From contig JAMCPI010000005.1 in assembly GCA_023379805.1 (NCBI GenBank), forward strand, positions 1,853-65,852: DNA of 64,000 nt, given 5' to 3'. A program made the position numbers and the translations under genes. The notes below the pieces were generated by a model. It worked only from the letters and a program-made list of their open reading frames with translations, searched no databases and had not been told where the DNA came from. Below, one piece after another: positions 1 to 9,774 of this stretch. The stretch comes from Nitrososphaerota archaeon. GTDB taxonomy: Archaea > Thermoproteota > Nitrososphaeria > Nitrososphaerales > JACPRH01. Every line of letters starts with the position of its first letter. The stretch's first letter is position 1.

Positions 1-1029
1 GATGAAATGAAGGAGGAGAGAACTATTGATACGACAGCTGCAATCTTTAAAGGAAAGAAGAATACGTTCACGGTAACCGACGTTCCTGGCCACAAGGAAT
101 TCTTAAAGAACATGCTAACTGGTGCATCACATGCTGATGTGGCAGTTTCTGTGATATCGGCAGTCGACGGAATTCAGGAGCAGACAAGACGGCATCTTTT
201 TCTTCTAAAACTAATCGGAATTAAAACAATCTTCGTAGCAGTTAACAAGATGGATGCAATAGATTACAACGAAAAACAGTTCACAACCATCAGAAGTGAC
301 GTAAAGAAATTCCTTAAATCAATAGGTTATCTAAACTCCACAATTATTCCTATTTCAGCCATGGATGGAGAAAATGTGTTCAAAAGATCGGAGCTAATGC
401 CATGGTATACCGGGCCCACATTAATTGAATCTTTGGACAATGTTAAGTTAAATGAAAGTTGTCAGACAACGAGATTCGTTGTTCAAGACATATATGATGT
501 CGATTCCAAATCTGTAGTTGTGGGGCGCTTGGATTCCGGGAGCCTCCGAGTTGGTGAGATATTATTTTTCGCGCCTTCAGGAGTAAAAGGGGAGGTAAAA
601 CAGATAGTTGTCTTTGGGAGAGATTTAGATAAAGCCGAGAAAGGGGACAGCATAGGAATTGTTACCAATTGTCACGTAAAGCGAGGAGACGTAGGAGGCC
701 TGTTGAAGAATCGACCTAACGCTGTTAAAGAATTCCTCGGGGAATCTGTCTTTCTAGAGGATGGAGTAAAGGTAGGGGATACTCTGAGCATACGATGTGG
801 AACTTCTAATGTGCAGTGCAAAATCAAGGAAATTCGAGAAAAGATAAATTCAGAGACTGGACAAGTGGTGGAAGAGTCTGCAGAAAAAGTCAACGAAGAT
901 GAGGCCGCAACTATAGTGTTCTCAACTGAGCCCGTTGTAGTAGAAAAATTCTCGGATATTCCTGAGCTAGGACGGTTTGTGCTTTATAAAGATAGAAATA
1001 TTGGTGTCGGAGTTGTATTAGATGCCTGA
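1..1029 (+). CDS. cysN: Sulfate adenylyltransferase subunit 1-like (CysN) translational GTPase, 5'-truncated by window edge
   Basis: Frame open from base 1. Motifs TID, DVPGH (G3), NKMD (G4), SAMDGEN (G5) and PWYTGPTL; EF-Tu-like beta-barrel domains ending LGRFVL. Located in a glycan cluster. Confidence 0.7.
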   Translation, partial: DEMKEERTIDTTAAIFKGKKNTFTVTDVPGHKEFLKNMLTGASHADVAVSVISAVDGIQEQTRRHLFLLKLIGIKTIFVAVNKMDAIDYNEKQFTTIRSDVKKFLKSIGYLNSTIIPISAMDGENVFKRSELMPWYTGPTLIESLDNVKLNESCQTTRFVVQDIYDVDSKSVVVGRLDSGSLRVGEILFFAPSGVKGEVKQIVVFGRDLDKAEKGDSIGIVTNCHVKRGDVGGLLKNRPNAVKEFLGESVFLEDGVKVGDTLSIRCGTSNVQCKIKEIREKINSETGQVVEESAEKVNEDEAATIVFSTEPVVVEKFSDIPELGRFVLYKDRNIGVGVVLDA

Positions 1030-1819
1030 TGGTACATTCTTTGTGCTAGGAATCGATGCCGCTACCTTTGGAATAATTTGCCCAAACTTAAGACGATTAA
1101 AGAACTTTGAAAAGCTATTACGAATCGGGAAAAGTAAGGAACTTATTCTAGAGGAGATACCAATTTCGCCATCAGTCTGGTGCGGAATGTTTTCTGGTAA
1201 ACTTCCAGAGGAACATAACCACAAAAGCTATGTAGTTAACGGAAAGATTCGAGTAAGAGAAGATATCAATGTCGAGTTTGTTTGGGATATACTCACTAAG
1301 CAAGGGAGAGATATCCGAGCTATAAATGTGCCATTTGTTGTACCGCCCTACTCTTTCAAATCTGATTTTACACCTATTGGTTTTGGCTTGCCGACCACCG
1401 AGAAAGAATGGGAGGAGGAGCTCGAGAAAGTTACTAAATATGCAAAGGAATTACTTGTTGAAAAGCCAGATGCGCTTATTGTAGTTTATACGCTGTTAGA
1501 TAGAATTCAACACTTCCATTGGGGAGATAAATGTGTGGTTGATTGGTATCAGAAATTAGATGAGAAATTGGGAGAACTATTATTTGACACAGGCTTCCTA
1601 TCTAACGATCAGAACCACTTGATTATAATTTCTGACCACGGTTTTTGCTCGTTTGGGGAGGCTAAGGTTAAGACCTTACCAGAGGAAACTGGGTATGGAA
1701 AGCTTAAGGGAGATCACTCAGAGCGAGCAATGCTAATAACCGTGAATGTTACACATAACATCAATAGGCCACAAGACGTTTTTTTCGCAGTCAAAAATGG
1801 AATAAACAATTTATCCTAA
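1022..1819 (+). CDS. Short alkaline-phosphatase-superfamily (type I phosphodiesterase/nucleotide pyrophosphatase-like) protein
   Basis: GIDAATF, PISPSVWCGMFSG (putative Ser nucleophile), DRIQHFHW, SDHGF and GDH metal-ligand motifs; overlaps the cysN stop. Confidence 0.8.
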   Translation: MPDGTFFVLGIDAATFGIICPNLRRLKNFEKLLRIGKSKELILEEIPISPSVWCGMFSGKLPEEHNHKSYVVNGKIRVREDINVEFVWDILTKQGRDIRAINVPFVVPPYSFKSDFTPIGFGLPTTEKEWEEELEKVTKYAKELLVEKPDALIVVYTLLDRIQHFHWGDKCVVDWYQKLDEKLGELLFDTGFLSNDQNHLIIISDHGFCSFGEAKVKTLPEETGYGKLKGDHSERAMLITVNVTHNINRPQDVFFAVKNGINNLS

Positions 1820-1905
1820 ACCAGAACTGAACTGCACAATTTCGTGATTATCACACAATTCAAGAACGAGTTAAGTGCTGCTAATTTATCGGTTAAGCGT
1901 ATCAA

Positions 1906-2766
1906 TCAGATTATACCCTTTAAATTTACAAAGTATTTGTATGATAGCCGTTGGGCGTTCCAGTAGCTCTCTGGAGTCCCAATATCTAGATGTAGAACAT
2001 TTCTTAACTTGTATGCGACCACGCGCTTTTGCCGCTCAATGACATTTTGGATGCCATCAGTTAGCTGAATTTCCCCGGCTTTCCCAGGCCTCGTCCGATT
2101 GATTGCTTCGTAAATTTCTTCTGTAAATAGATAAACAGGCATGATTGCGAGGTTCGTTGGAGGATTGTCTGGTTTCTCTACGACGCTTTTTACCCGATAA
2201 GGCATTTTTGTACCTTCTATTTCGGCTATTCCGTAGTGCCTAGTGTCCTTGACCGGAAGCAAACATAATGTTGCAACCGCATCGTCATGATTTCTAAGGA
2301 CTTGTCGTACATGTTCTTCCTCTTTTGATGCGATATAGGTGTCGCCAGCGTGAACGATAAAGGGTTCTTCATTAGTAAACGATCTTGCTTGCAGAACGGC
2401 GTGCCCGAATCCTTTTGCACCCAATTGGTTAATCCAAACAATAGTTGAACTTTCGATTTTATTATAAAATTTTTCAAGCTCTTCCGCAGCTTGAACTCTT
2501 CCCGAGACCTTGAGCTGATTCAAGTATCTATAGTCAGGCGAAAAATGATCTTCGATCGTTCGTTTTCCCCGGCCAACAATGAAACAGAACTCTCTCAGAC
2601 CAACGTTAAAAAGCTGCTCAAATACAATTTGAACCACAGGTTTAAGACAAACCTCGCCACTTGAATTTGTCACATACAAAGGAAGCATTTCCTTTGGTAT
2701 CTCTTTCGTAATTGATAACAGTCTTGTGCCCATTCCTGCGGCGGGGATTACAACCTTTCTAATCAT
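1906..2766 (-). CDS. galU: UTP--glucose-1-phosphate uridylyltransferase-like nucleotidyltransferase
   Basis: KVVIPAAGMGTRLL..TKEIPKEMLP, GFGHAV, VEKP and GEIQLTD motifs. Start moved to the ATG at 2766 (MIRKVV); the longer ORF-track start runs into an IS relic. Confidence 0.85.
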   Translation of the reverse strand: MIRKVVIPAAGMGTRLLSITKEIPKEMLPLYVTNSSGEVCLKPVVQIVFEQLFNVGLREFCFIVGRGKRTIEDHFSPDYRYLNQLKVSGRVQAAEELEKFYNKIESSTIVWINQLGAKGFGHAVLQARSFTNEEPFIVHAGDTYIASKEEEHVRQVLRNHDDAVATLCLLPVKDTRHYGIAEIEGTKMPYRVKSVVEKPDNPPTNLAIMPVYLFTEEIYEAINRTRPGKAGEIQLTDGIQNVIERQKRVVAYKLRNVLHLDIGTPESYWNAQRLSYKYFVNLKGII

Positions 2767-2837
2767 GGCCAAATCACACTTAGGATTCGAGACCACCGCT
2801 TCTTGAAAGACTAGCTTGTTTAACCGTTTCGATATAT

Positions 2838-3310
2838 GACCTATCCCAATATGCTCCATAGCACCACAATGCAGTCAATTTAGATTAGTCCCGTGAATGT
2901 TTCTTCGAGTTTTTCATAACTTACGTCTATCTTCCTGAAGTTCTCTATCCGAGCAAAGAACCTCTCAATATTGAATCTGACATCGCTTTAGGCTACGTTG
3001 AACAGTTTGGTCCTCCAGGTCTTCTCCTCTTCTTGGTACTAGGAATCTGCTATTTGATCTTTCTTCTGTCAAGGTAGAACCTGTTGAGATGCGTGTTGTT
3101 CTTGGTGTCTCCGTGAAGCTGTTAGGTTTTTTCTTGGTTTGCCTCGCCGTCTTTGCTTTATGTTGATTGAATGAATGAGAGAGATTAGTCGTCTTCCCTA
3201 TTGCTCGCTTCCCTCACCTTTTATTACGCCGCTGGTGCAGACCTTCATTCACTACAGCGTGGAGCTGGTTCCTTTTACCTGCTTGTACGCGAAGCCGACG
3301 AGAATCGCTC
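2838..3310 (-). pseudogene. Degraded IS5-family transposase
   Basis: Minus-strand translation across stops and frameshifts gives a KQVKGT../LHAVVNEGL segment, RRGKPRKK, and RFNIERFFARIENFRKIDVSYEKLEETFTGLI*IDCIVVLWSILG*, matching the IS5 DDE C-terminal R..IERFF..L..FR.I..RYEK signature. Confidence 0.75.
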
Positions 3311-3314
3311 TACA

Positions 3315-3322
3315 CTTATATA
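3315..3322 (+). promoter_or_regulatory. Probable archaeal TATA box (CTTATATA)
   Basis: 30-37 bp upstream of the ATG at 3352. Confidence 0.45.
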
Positions 3323-3351
3323 TTGCATTAATAGACCTTTTGTCAATCTTT

Positions 3352-4314
3352 ATGGCAAGGAATAACTCCTCAAAATTTGCCGGAAAGAAGGTGCTGGTAA
3401 CCGGTGGAGCTGGTTACGTCGGATCAGTTCTCGTACCAAGACTCTTGACAAATGGTTACCAAGTAAGAGTTCTGGATAACTTGATGTATCAGACTAATGG
3501 ATTATCCCTAAACTTTCTTAACCCAAAGTTTGAGTTTGTTAATGGCAATGTGGGCGACGCTAAAACGGTGCAAGATTGCTTAAAGGGAGTCGATGCAGTT
3601 ATACATCTTGCTGCAATAGTTGGTTTCCCAGCGTGCAAGAAAGATCCAGAACTTGCAAAGTCAGTTAATTTCGCAGCATCAGAAATGCTCGCGCAAATTA
3701 CGCCTAATCACATTCCAATAATATTTAGCTCAACCTGTAGTATCTATGGAGAGAATAATGAAGGATTGTGCACTGAAGAGACACCACCACAACCTATCTC
3801 GCTGTATGGCGAGACAAAAGCCGAGGCGGAGAAATATTTCCAGCAACGTGAAAATAGTGTTATCTTTAGATTCGCAACCGCTTTTGGAATGTCAGCGCGT
3901 CCTAGACTAGATCTTATGATAAATGACTTTGTATATCAAGCGATATGGAAGAAGTTTCTGATAGTCTATGAAAGATATTACAAGCGAGGGTTTATTCATG
4001 TAAGTGATATGGCAGATTTATTCGTATTTGCGCTAGAGAACCACGAGCGGATGGCAGGAGGAGTGTTCAACGCAGGATCACCAGAATTAAACCTAACTAA
4101 GGAAGACGTAGCTAAGAAGATTCTAGAAAAGGTTCCGTTTTATCTGCACTTTGCAGAAGTAGGAACAGATGAAGATAAGCGTAATTATATACTATCTTAC
4201 AAAAAACTTGACGCACTAGGCTTCAGAACAAAAGTGAATTTGGATCGCGGTTTAGACGAGTTAATCAGTGGCCTTGCAACTATTCGCATTATTTCTCCTT
4301 ACTCCAATGCATAA
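3352..4314 (+). CDS. NAD-dependent nucleotide-sugar epimerase/dehydratase (extended SDR)
   Basis: VTGGAGYVGS, HLAAIVG and YGETK (YxxxK) motifs. Start reassigned to ATG 3352 because the upstream part of the ORF is the antisense of the IS5 relic. Confidence 0.85.
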   Translation: MARNNSSKFAGKKVLVTGGAGYVGSVLVPRLLTNGYQVRVLDNLMYQTNGLSLNFLNPKFEFVNGNVGDAKTVQDCLKGVDAVIHLAAIVGFPACKKDPELAKSVNFAASEMLAQITPNHIPIIFSSTCSIYGENNEGLCTEETPPQPISLYGETKAEAEKYFQQRENSVIFRFATAFGMSARPRLDLMINDFVYQAIWKKFLIVYERYYKRGFIHVSDMADLFVFALENHERMAGGVFNAGSPELNLTKEDVAKKILEKVPFYLHFAEVGTDEDKRNYILSYKKLDALGFRTKVNLDRGLDELISGLATIRIISPYSNA

Positions 4315-4495
4315 CCACCTAGGGTTTGTTTGAGCCGCAGGTATGTGTCGTTAGCGCTGGTTCTATTCGTCAGGAGAATCCACATTGTATCTGTGGAAGT
4401 GAGTTCAACGTTATGAGCCTCACAGGATATGGGTGAATGCCAGACTAAGGGTTGCACACACCATTGTGAAGAGAATCGAAAACCGCCTTCGAGTT

Positions 4496-5254
4496 TCAAC
4501 CATTGCGATTCCCTTCGGCCGAAACTTTCCTTGCGACGACGAACAAGCCCGAAGAAAAGGATGGTCTTGAAAAGAGAAAGTTCATGATTCTTACCACATT
4601 GGCAAAGACAACACCATGCCCGAGTCTTTCCGCATTTAACCCTAATCCCTTGACCTTCACAACTTCGAATGAGTAATGTTTTGAGAGCAAGTCGATTAAG
4701 GCCCGGTGAGTGAATACCCTGATATGTCCAGCCGCTACCCAGTCAGTTAATACTTGACCAGCAGCGTACTTGGTGCTGACAGCCGTATTGACAGGCTGGT
4801 AGCCGAACAGAAGAAAAATCCTGTTGAACCATGCGGAAAGGTTCGGCGTTGTGACGATAAGGAATCCTCCAGACTTCAAGACTCTCCAACTTTCTTCCAG
4901 TAAATGGTCTGGGTTGAAAAGATGCTCTATAACTTCGCTACAAAAAACACCCTCGAAGGACTCAGATTCAAAAGGAAGATCGCTGTTGTCTACGTCAAGC
5001 TGCTGAACATCTAGGCCGTGTTCCTTGGCTCTTTGAACCGCTAACTGGGATATTTCTACTCCAGAACATTTTATACCGGATTCCACGCAGAGCGTCATGA
5101 ACTCACCGTTTGCACAGCCGATGTCAAGAAGACGCGTTACCCCGAGCTGTAAGAATGTTTTGCGAGCGAAAATATACCTGTTGTCTGCTACATATTCTTG
5201 TTGATCTTGTTTGTGCGTTTCTTCGTAGAACCGTTCGGCTGGTGTTTGGGTCAT
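4496..5254 (-). CDS. Class I SAM-dependent methyltransferase
   Basis: LLDIGCANG, GVEIS, LPF..ESF..VFCSEVIEHL, LKSGG..IVTTPN motifs. Likely start ATG 5254. Confidence 0.85.
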   Translation of the reverse strand: MTQTPAERFYEETHKQDQQEYVADNRYIFARKTFLQLGVTRLLDIGCANGEFMTLCVESGIKCSGVEISQLAVQRAKEHGLDVQQLDVDNSDLPFESESFEGVFCSEVIEHLFNPDHLLEESWRVLKSGGFLIVTTPNLSAWFNRIFLLFGYQPVNTAVSTKYAAGQVLTDWVAAGHIRVFTHRALIDLLSKHYSFEVVKVKGLGLNAERLGHGVVFANVVRIMNFLFSRPSFSSGLFVVARKVSAEGNRNG

Positions 5255-5309
5255 CGCTACTCGAAAAGGTGGGAATCTCAACTAGATAAAACCTTTCGTA
5301 CATCATAGG

Positions 5310-5689
5310 GGCTCTGTTACCTTAAGGGAGACGTTCGCTCTCAGACGTATCATATGTGGTTCATATGTTGGTCCGAGAGAGAACGTCCCTGTTAATTATC
5401 GTGTATGCTGTATATTTGGTCCTCTGTTATCCTGAAGCTTGCTTGAGGCTAGGCTTGAAGCATCAGGTGTATGCTCAAGGCGAGTGGCTGTATGAGACGA
5501 TGGAGAGGGCTGCGCAATCTGTCAAGGATAGGACAGAAGCATTTGATGACTACTTCCCTTGCAGAAAGAGAGGGTGTAGGCAAAGACATGTATGGAACTG
5601 GATACGACTCTTCCACCTACACAGACAGCCAGAATACCTACGAAAAATTGATACCGTCAAGGAGGTGATGATGCTAAGGTAACAGAGCC
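5310..5689 (+). mobile_element. Internally deleted IS6-family element (MITE-like, 380 bp) with transposase C-terminal remnant
   Basis: Perfect 15-bp terminal IRs GGCTCTGTTACCTTA / TAAGGTAACAGAGCC. Flanks catcatagg / catgatagg look like a 9-bp target duplication with 1 mismatch. Encodes MERAAQSVKDRTEAFDDYFPC..HVWNWIRLF, as in archaeal IS6-type DDE C-termini. Confidence 0.85.
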
Positions 5690-5772
5690 CATGATAGGAA
5701 GTCGTTTAAACTCGCTAAAATATAGGAGGCGATAGTCCCAAAGTTTAAAGCGTCAGCCCAACAGAATTAAGG

Positions 5773-5780
5773 CTTAAATA
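5773..5780 (+). promoter_or_regulatory. Probable TATA box (CTTAAATA), leaderless-type spacing
   Basis: 25-32 bp upstream of the ATG at 5805. Confidence 0.5.
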
Positions 5781-5804
5781 CAGATGAACTAAAACTGACC
5801 GTAA

Positions 5805-6764
5805 ATGGGCAACTTCTACAACGGGAAATTCGTATGTGTTACAGGCGCTTCTGGAATGAATGGGTCTTACGTCGTGAAAACTCTAGTAGAACAAGGCGCT
5901 AAGGTTAGAGCAGTAGTTCATGAAAGACCTTCAAATGAATACACAAAAATGGCTGACAAGATCGTGAAGAAGAATCTGATGGTATTATCCGAGGCTCATG
6001 ATGCTGTGCGGGGTGTCGATATTGTTATTCATACTGCAGGTATAACAGGAGGTGTACCGTTAGCCGTTAACGATCCAGGAGCTTTAGTTGCTCCTAATGC
6101 TGTAATTAATAGTCAAGTGATACATGCCTGTGCAAAAGAAAAGGTGGAACGACTAGGTTTCACCAGTAGCACTGTAGTATATCCTCCACTAGAGCGACCA
6201 GTTAAAGAGGAGGAAGCTTGGATTGGAGATCCATATCCGCTGTACTACGGCATATCATGGGTAAAGAGGTTCAGCGAGAAAATATGTAGGTATTATGGTG
6301 ATACTTACGGTCTAAAAGTTGCAGTTGTGCGACCGAGCGGCATATATGGCCGGTACGATAACTTCAACGAGAACAGTGGGCACGTCCTTCCAGCGTTTAT
6401 CCAGCGGGCTTTAAAGATGACTAATCCATTTGTGGTTTGGGGTGATGGCAAGGATGTCAGAGATTTTCTGCATGCCAGTGATTTTGCAAACGGCATCTTA
6501 TTGGCTACTGAAAAATATGCTGTCAATGACCCAATTAACATAGCTTCTGGACAAGCAGTTACGACAGGAGAGTTGGCCGAGACCGTACTAAAGGCAGCTG
6601 GAAGCAAAGCTAAGGTGAAATACGATCCTTCTAAGCCGACAGCCCTAAAGGTAAGGATGATAGATATTTCTAAGGCCAAAAAATTGTTAGGGTACGAGCC
6701 CAAAACGCCTTTGCTTGAAGGGATACAAGATACAATCAACTGGTATAAAGATACGTATAATTGA
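5805..6764 (+). CDS. GDP-L-fucose synthase (WcaG/Fcl)-like SDR epimerase/reductase
   Basis: VTGASGMNG, SSTVVYP, YGISWVKR, HVLPAFI, VWGDG..RDFLH..D and INIASG match the GFS/WcaG-like pattern. Confidence 0.75.
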   Translation: MGNFYNGKFVCVTGASGMNGSYVVKTLVEQGAKVRAVVHERPSNEYTKMADKIVKKNLMVLSEAHDAVRGVDIVIHTAGITGGVPLAVNDPGALVAPNAVINSQVIHACAKEKVERLGFTSSTVVYPPLERPVKEEEAWIGDPYPLYYGISWVKRFSEKICRYYGDTYGLKVAVVRPSGIYGRYDNFNENSGHVLPAFIQRALKMTNPFVVWGDGKDVRDFLHASDFANGILLATEKYAVNDPINIASGQAVTTGELAETVLKAAGSKAKVKYDPSKPTALKVRMIDISKAKKLLGYEPKTPLLEGIQDTINWYKDTYN

Positions 6765-7696
6765 CGGTAACCAATATGGTGCCACTAAGTAACGCGAAAG
6801 TACTAGTTACAGGTGGTTCTGGGTTCCTCGGTAACCACGTGATTTCTAAGCTAATAGATCTCGAAGCTGAGGTTACTGCGTTAGACAATGGGCCTCCTAA
6901 TAGTATGCAAGTAGGTGCCGTATTACAAAAGGTAAATAGGGTAAGAGCTGATATAACCGAGCCTTCGCAACTTGCAGGCATTAAAGGAAACTTCGATTAC
7001 ATAATTCACCTCGCCGCGGTAGCACAACCGATGCATTGCGAGAAGGATCCTAAGAAAGCATTTGATATCAATGTGAATGGAACATATAATGTGTTAAAGC
7101 TAGCTGTAAAGTGTAACGCTAAGAAAGTAGCCTTCGCATCATCTGCTCACGTCTACGGCATAAGCCCTAAATATGTACCTACCAATGAAGAGCATCCCCT
7201 ATATGCTCACGACACGTATACTGTCACAAAAGTTATGGGCGAAAACCTCTGCAGATTGTTCTACACTAGCCATAATTTGGGTTATATTGCATTAAGGTTG
7301 TTTAACGGCTACGGTCCCGGACAATCAAGTGATTACTTTATTTCCGCCAAGATTATCGAGGCTGAGAAGGGATTGATAACATTACGTGGAAGCCGCATTA
7401 CCAAGGATTTTGTCTACGTTGATGATATGGTTGATGCCATTGTGCGGGCAAGTACATCAAGCTACGTAGGTCCAATAAATGTTGGTAGCGGTAAGCAAAC
7501 CAGCTTAAATGAAGTGGCATCTTACATATCTGAGAAAAAAGGAGTAGACTTGAAGATAGTGGATGATGGAATCACTGTAAATTATATGCAAAGCTCAGTT
7601 GATCGGGCAAAAGAGATTCTAGACTGGTCGTGTAAAGTTAATCTCCAAGAAGGCTTGGATAGAACAATTGCTTCATTTGCCACGCACAGCCACTAA
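6761..7696 (+). CDS. NAD-dependent nucleotide-sugar epimerase/dehydratase (extended SDR)
   Basis: VTGGSGFLG, HLAA, SSAHVYG, YTVTK, RLFNGYGPGQ and DFVYVDD motifs; overlaps the upstream stop. Confidence 0.85.
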   Translation: MTVTNMVPLSNAKVLVTGGSGFLGNHVISKLIDLEAEVTALDNGPPNSMQVGAVLQKVNRVRADITEPSQLAGIKGNFDYIIHLAAVAQPMHCEKDPKKAFDINVNGTYNVLKLAVKCNAKKVAFASSAHVYGISPKYVPTNEEHPLYAHDTYTVTKVMGENLCRLFYTSHNLGYIALRLFNGYGPGQSSDYFISAKIIEAEKGLITLRGSRITKDFVYVDDMVDAIVRASTSSYVGPINVGSGKQTSLNEVASYISEKKGVDLKIVDDGITVNYMQSSVDRAKEILDWSCKVNLQEGLDRTIASFATHSH

Positions 7697-8256
7697 TCTG
7701 TCCTTAACTGTAAATCGCACATCGAAAGTATCGACCGATAAAACGGCTTTAGATGTTCCGGCGCTTCTCCTGAATCGAACCATTTAGCATCGGAACTAGT
7801 GTCGTCCAGTTTAACCTCGCTATTCACCGTTTGGGCTTTAAAGACTACTGTAACAGCATGTTGCGCAGGTGTAATGATCTCTTGGAGGCCTTTGAATGCG
7901 AAGTCGCGTGGGGCCACATTCAAGCCGGTTTCTCGCTTCAATATCCGATGAGCTGCCTTAGTTAGCATCTCATTTCTAAGCACTCTACCTCCAGGAGTTG
8001 CCCAACAATTTATCCACCCTGTGTTATTGCCATTGCGTTTCACGAGTAGGAAACGCGAACGAGAATCAATTACTACTATGTCTGTTGTAATTGTTGGGAA
8101 GTGGACCAGATGTTCGAGATACATCTCCTTGGGTAACCACTTATCATGCGAGTTAACGCGGATTTTTTGACTAGACTTTTCACTGTAAAGATGTGGCATT
8201 CGAAGACTCGTATTGAGAATCAACACGGGGTTTTTATGTCTTGCAGCACTTAGCAT
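7693..8256 (-). CDS. Nudix hydrolase, GDP-mannose mannosyl hydrolase (Gmm/WcaH)-like
   Basis: DIVV...FLLVKR, W.TPGGRV..NE.L..AAHRILKRETGL: altered Nudix box lacking REUxEE, as in Gmm. True start may be about 8199. Confidence 0.65.
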   Translation of the reverse strand: MLSAARHKNPVLILNTSLRMPHLYSEKSSQKIRVNSHDKWLPKEMYLEHLVHFPTITTDIVVIDSRSRFLLVKRNGNNTGWINCWATPGGRVLRNEMLTKAAHRILKRETGLNVAPRDFAFKGLQEIITPAQHAVTVVFKAQTVNSEVKLDDTSSDAKWFDSGEAPEHLKPFYRSILSMCDLQLRTD

Positions 8257-8336
8257 TTGTTGTTTTGATGACCTATCATCTTGAATATTATTTATGCGTC
8301 TGAGAGATGTGGCTCTGTAGCACTAGACATCTTGTT

Positions 8337-9671
8337 TCATTCAATATTACAAGCATCTTCAAAAGCCCAGAACGACGCATCAGTACTTTGTTTCTTTCGA
8401 GATAATCCATCCAAGTACCCCTTCTCTTGGAGAGTAGACACGACATATGCGGAGAATGCGGGTGCGCCGGTTGCTCCTGGAGAGTTGTAGTTCAAGATAT
8501 GGAGCGACTTTTCGCTGTACATCTGAGTCGCTTCAGGCACAAATCCGTTACTATCTATAATCGAGCTTCTTATACCCGCTACACCTCGCGCAGCGAGCAT
8601 CTTGGCTTCTAGTGATGGAATGAACTGCTGGACTCTGCCGCACATTGCTTTCTTAGATAGCGAACTCTTCCATTCATTAATGGCAAGTGATAAGAACTTA
8701 CGGTTAGTCATCAGATTAATCTTCGGGTTGATTGGCTTTTCAAACACCTTTCTTACTAACTCACCGGCACTTCTAGCAATCCCTTTGTAGGACTCTGGGC
8801 CAGCGACCAAGACTGCGTTGGGTCCTATCTCTTTTCTACCGTCATGCCTTACAATGAAATGGGGATCTAGAAAAGGGAAGTCTTTATGTTTCGGAACAGA
8901 ATATATGTTCCTCGTAATCTTGGGGGCAAATGACTCGTTTACCGACCAATATTCACCTCTAAAATGCAAATCCGTGTACGACTTCGCAAGCCCCATCATA
9001 TGCGCTATATCTACGGCTTGACCCCCAGCTGTATTAATCAAAAGATTACAGTCAACGTAGGTTGTTGGTGCACCATTCTTTCGCACCTTTATTTCAACGC
9101 TTTGATTACCCTCTTTGACGCCTATAGCAAACGTATTATTGAGGAACTTTGCACCATTTTCCACTGCAAGACTTTGAATGAATTCAGAGAACTCCTTGAA
9201 ACTCACAACAGCGTCAGTCTTAGAATGTATGGCCCCCAGGCAGGACACCAAGGGCTCAAGTCTCTCAACCTCCTTCGAATCTAAAAGGTCTATTTCTTCG
9301 CTAAGCATACCGTTGGTTTGGCTCCACTCCCGGTACTTCTCAAGCACTGGTAGATCTGAATCCCTGACAGCTACCTCCAATGTCCCAACTTGCCGCCAAG
9401 GCAAACCATACTTTGCTGCTAAAGCCTTCCACAGATAGTATGATTTCTGGGCTGCTCTCGCGAAAACCTTCTTCTTTTCCGGATTCAGATAAAACGGTCT
9501 ATGTACTACGCCAGTATTTCTTGAACTAGTGTGAGCAGCTACCTCCGACTCTTGCTCAATTAGCGCGATCGAACAATCATAAAGCTCAGAAAGCCAGAAC
9601 GTTACAGTGACTCCTAACACTCCTGCTCCAATTACAACTATGTCGTATTGACCCTTGAACTCTGACAACAA
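8337..9671 (-). CDS. FAD-dependent oxidoreductase, L-2-hydroxyglutarate oxidase (LhgO)-like
   Basis: VIGAGVLG, HTSSRNTGVVH, FRGEYW, FPFLDPHF, IGPNAV and NYNSPGATG motifs. Confidence 0.8.
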   Translation of the reverse strand: MLSEFKGQYDIVVIGAGVLGVTVTFWLSELYDCSIALIEQESEVAAHTSSRNTGVVHRPFYLNPEKKKVFARAAQKSYYLWKALAAKYGLPWRQVGTLEVAVRDSDLPVLEKYREWSQTNGMLSEEIDLLDSKEVERLEPLVSCLGAIHSKTDAVVSFKEFSEFIQSLAVENGAKFLNNTFAIGVKEGNQSVEIKVRKNGAPTTYVDCNLLINTAGGQAVDIAHMMGLAKSYTDLHFRGEYWSVNESFAPKITRNIYSVPKHKDFPFLDPHFIVRHDGRKEIGPNAVLVAGPESYKGIARSAGELVRKVFEKPINPKINLMTNRKFLSLAINEWKSSLSKKAMCGRVQQFIPSLEAKMLAARGVAGIRSSIIDSNGFVPEATQMYSEKSLHILNYNSPGATGAPAFSAYVVSTLQEKGYLDGLSRKKQSTDASFWAFEDACNIE

Positions 9672-9774
9672 TTTACCCGTGCTCAGTACCGTATATGACA
9701 GTTGCTACCAACGAGGTATCTGTTGCTCCAAAAACTGAAAAAGCACCTACTCTTAAAGTGAAGGAAACGCCACG

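Noticed and set aside
1-1029. EF-1alpha/EF-Tu call for the first ORF
   Set aside because: Lacks the RGITI effector motif (has ERTID) and is too divergent for this highly conserved factor; GRFVL ending and context fit CysN better.
4299-4499. 66-aa ORF or possible IS110 fragment between convergent genes
   Set aside because: No convincing motif; cannot be supported.
5356-5682. 108-aa ORF as a functional transposase
   Set aside because: Only the C-terminal part remains after an internal deletion; the first DDE aspartates are missing.
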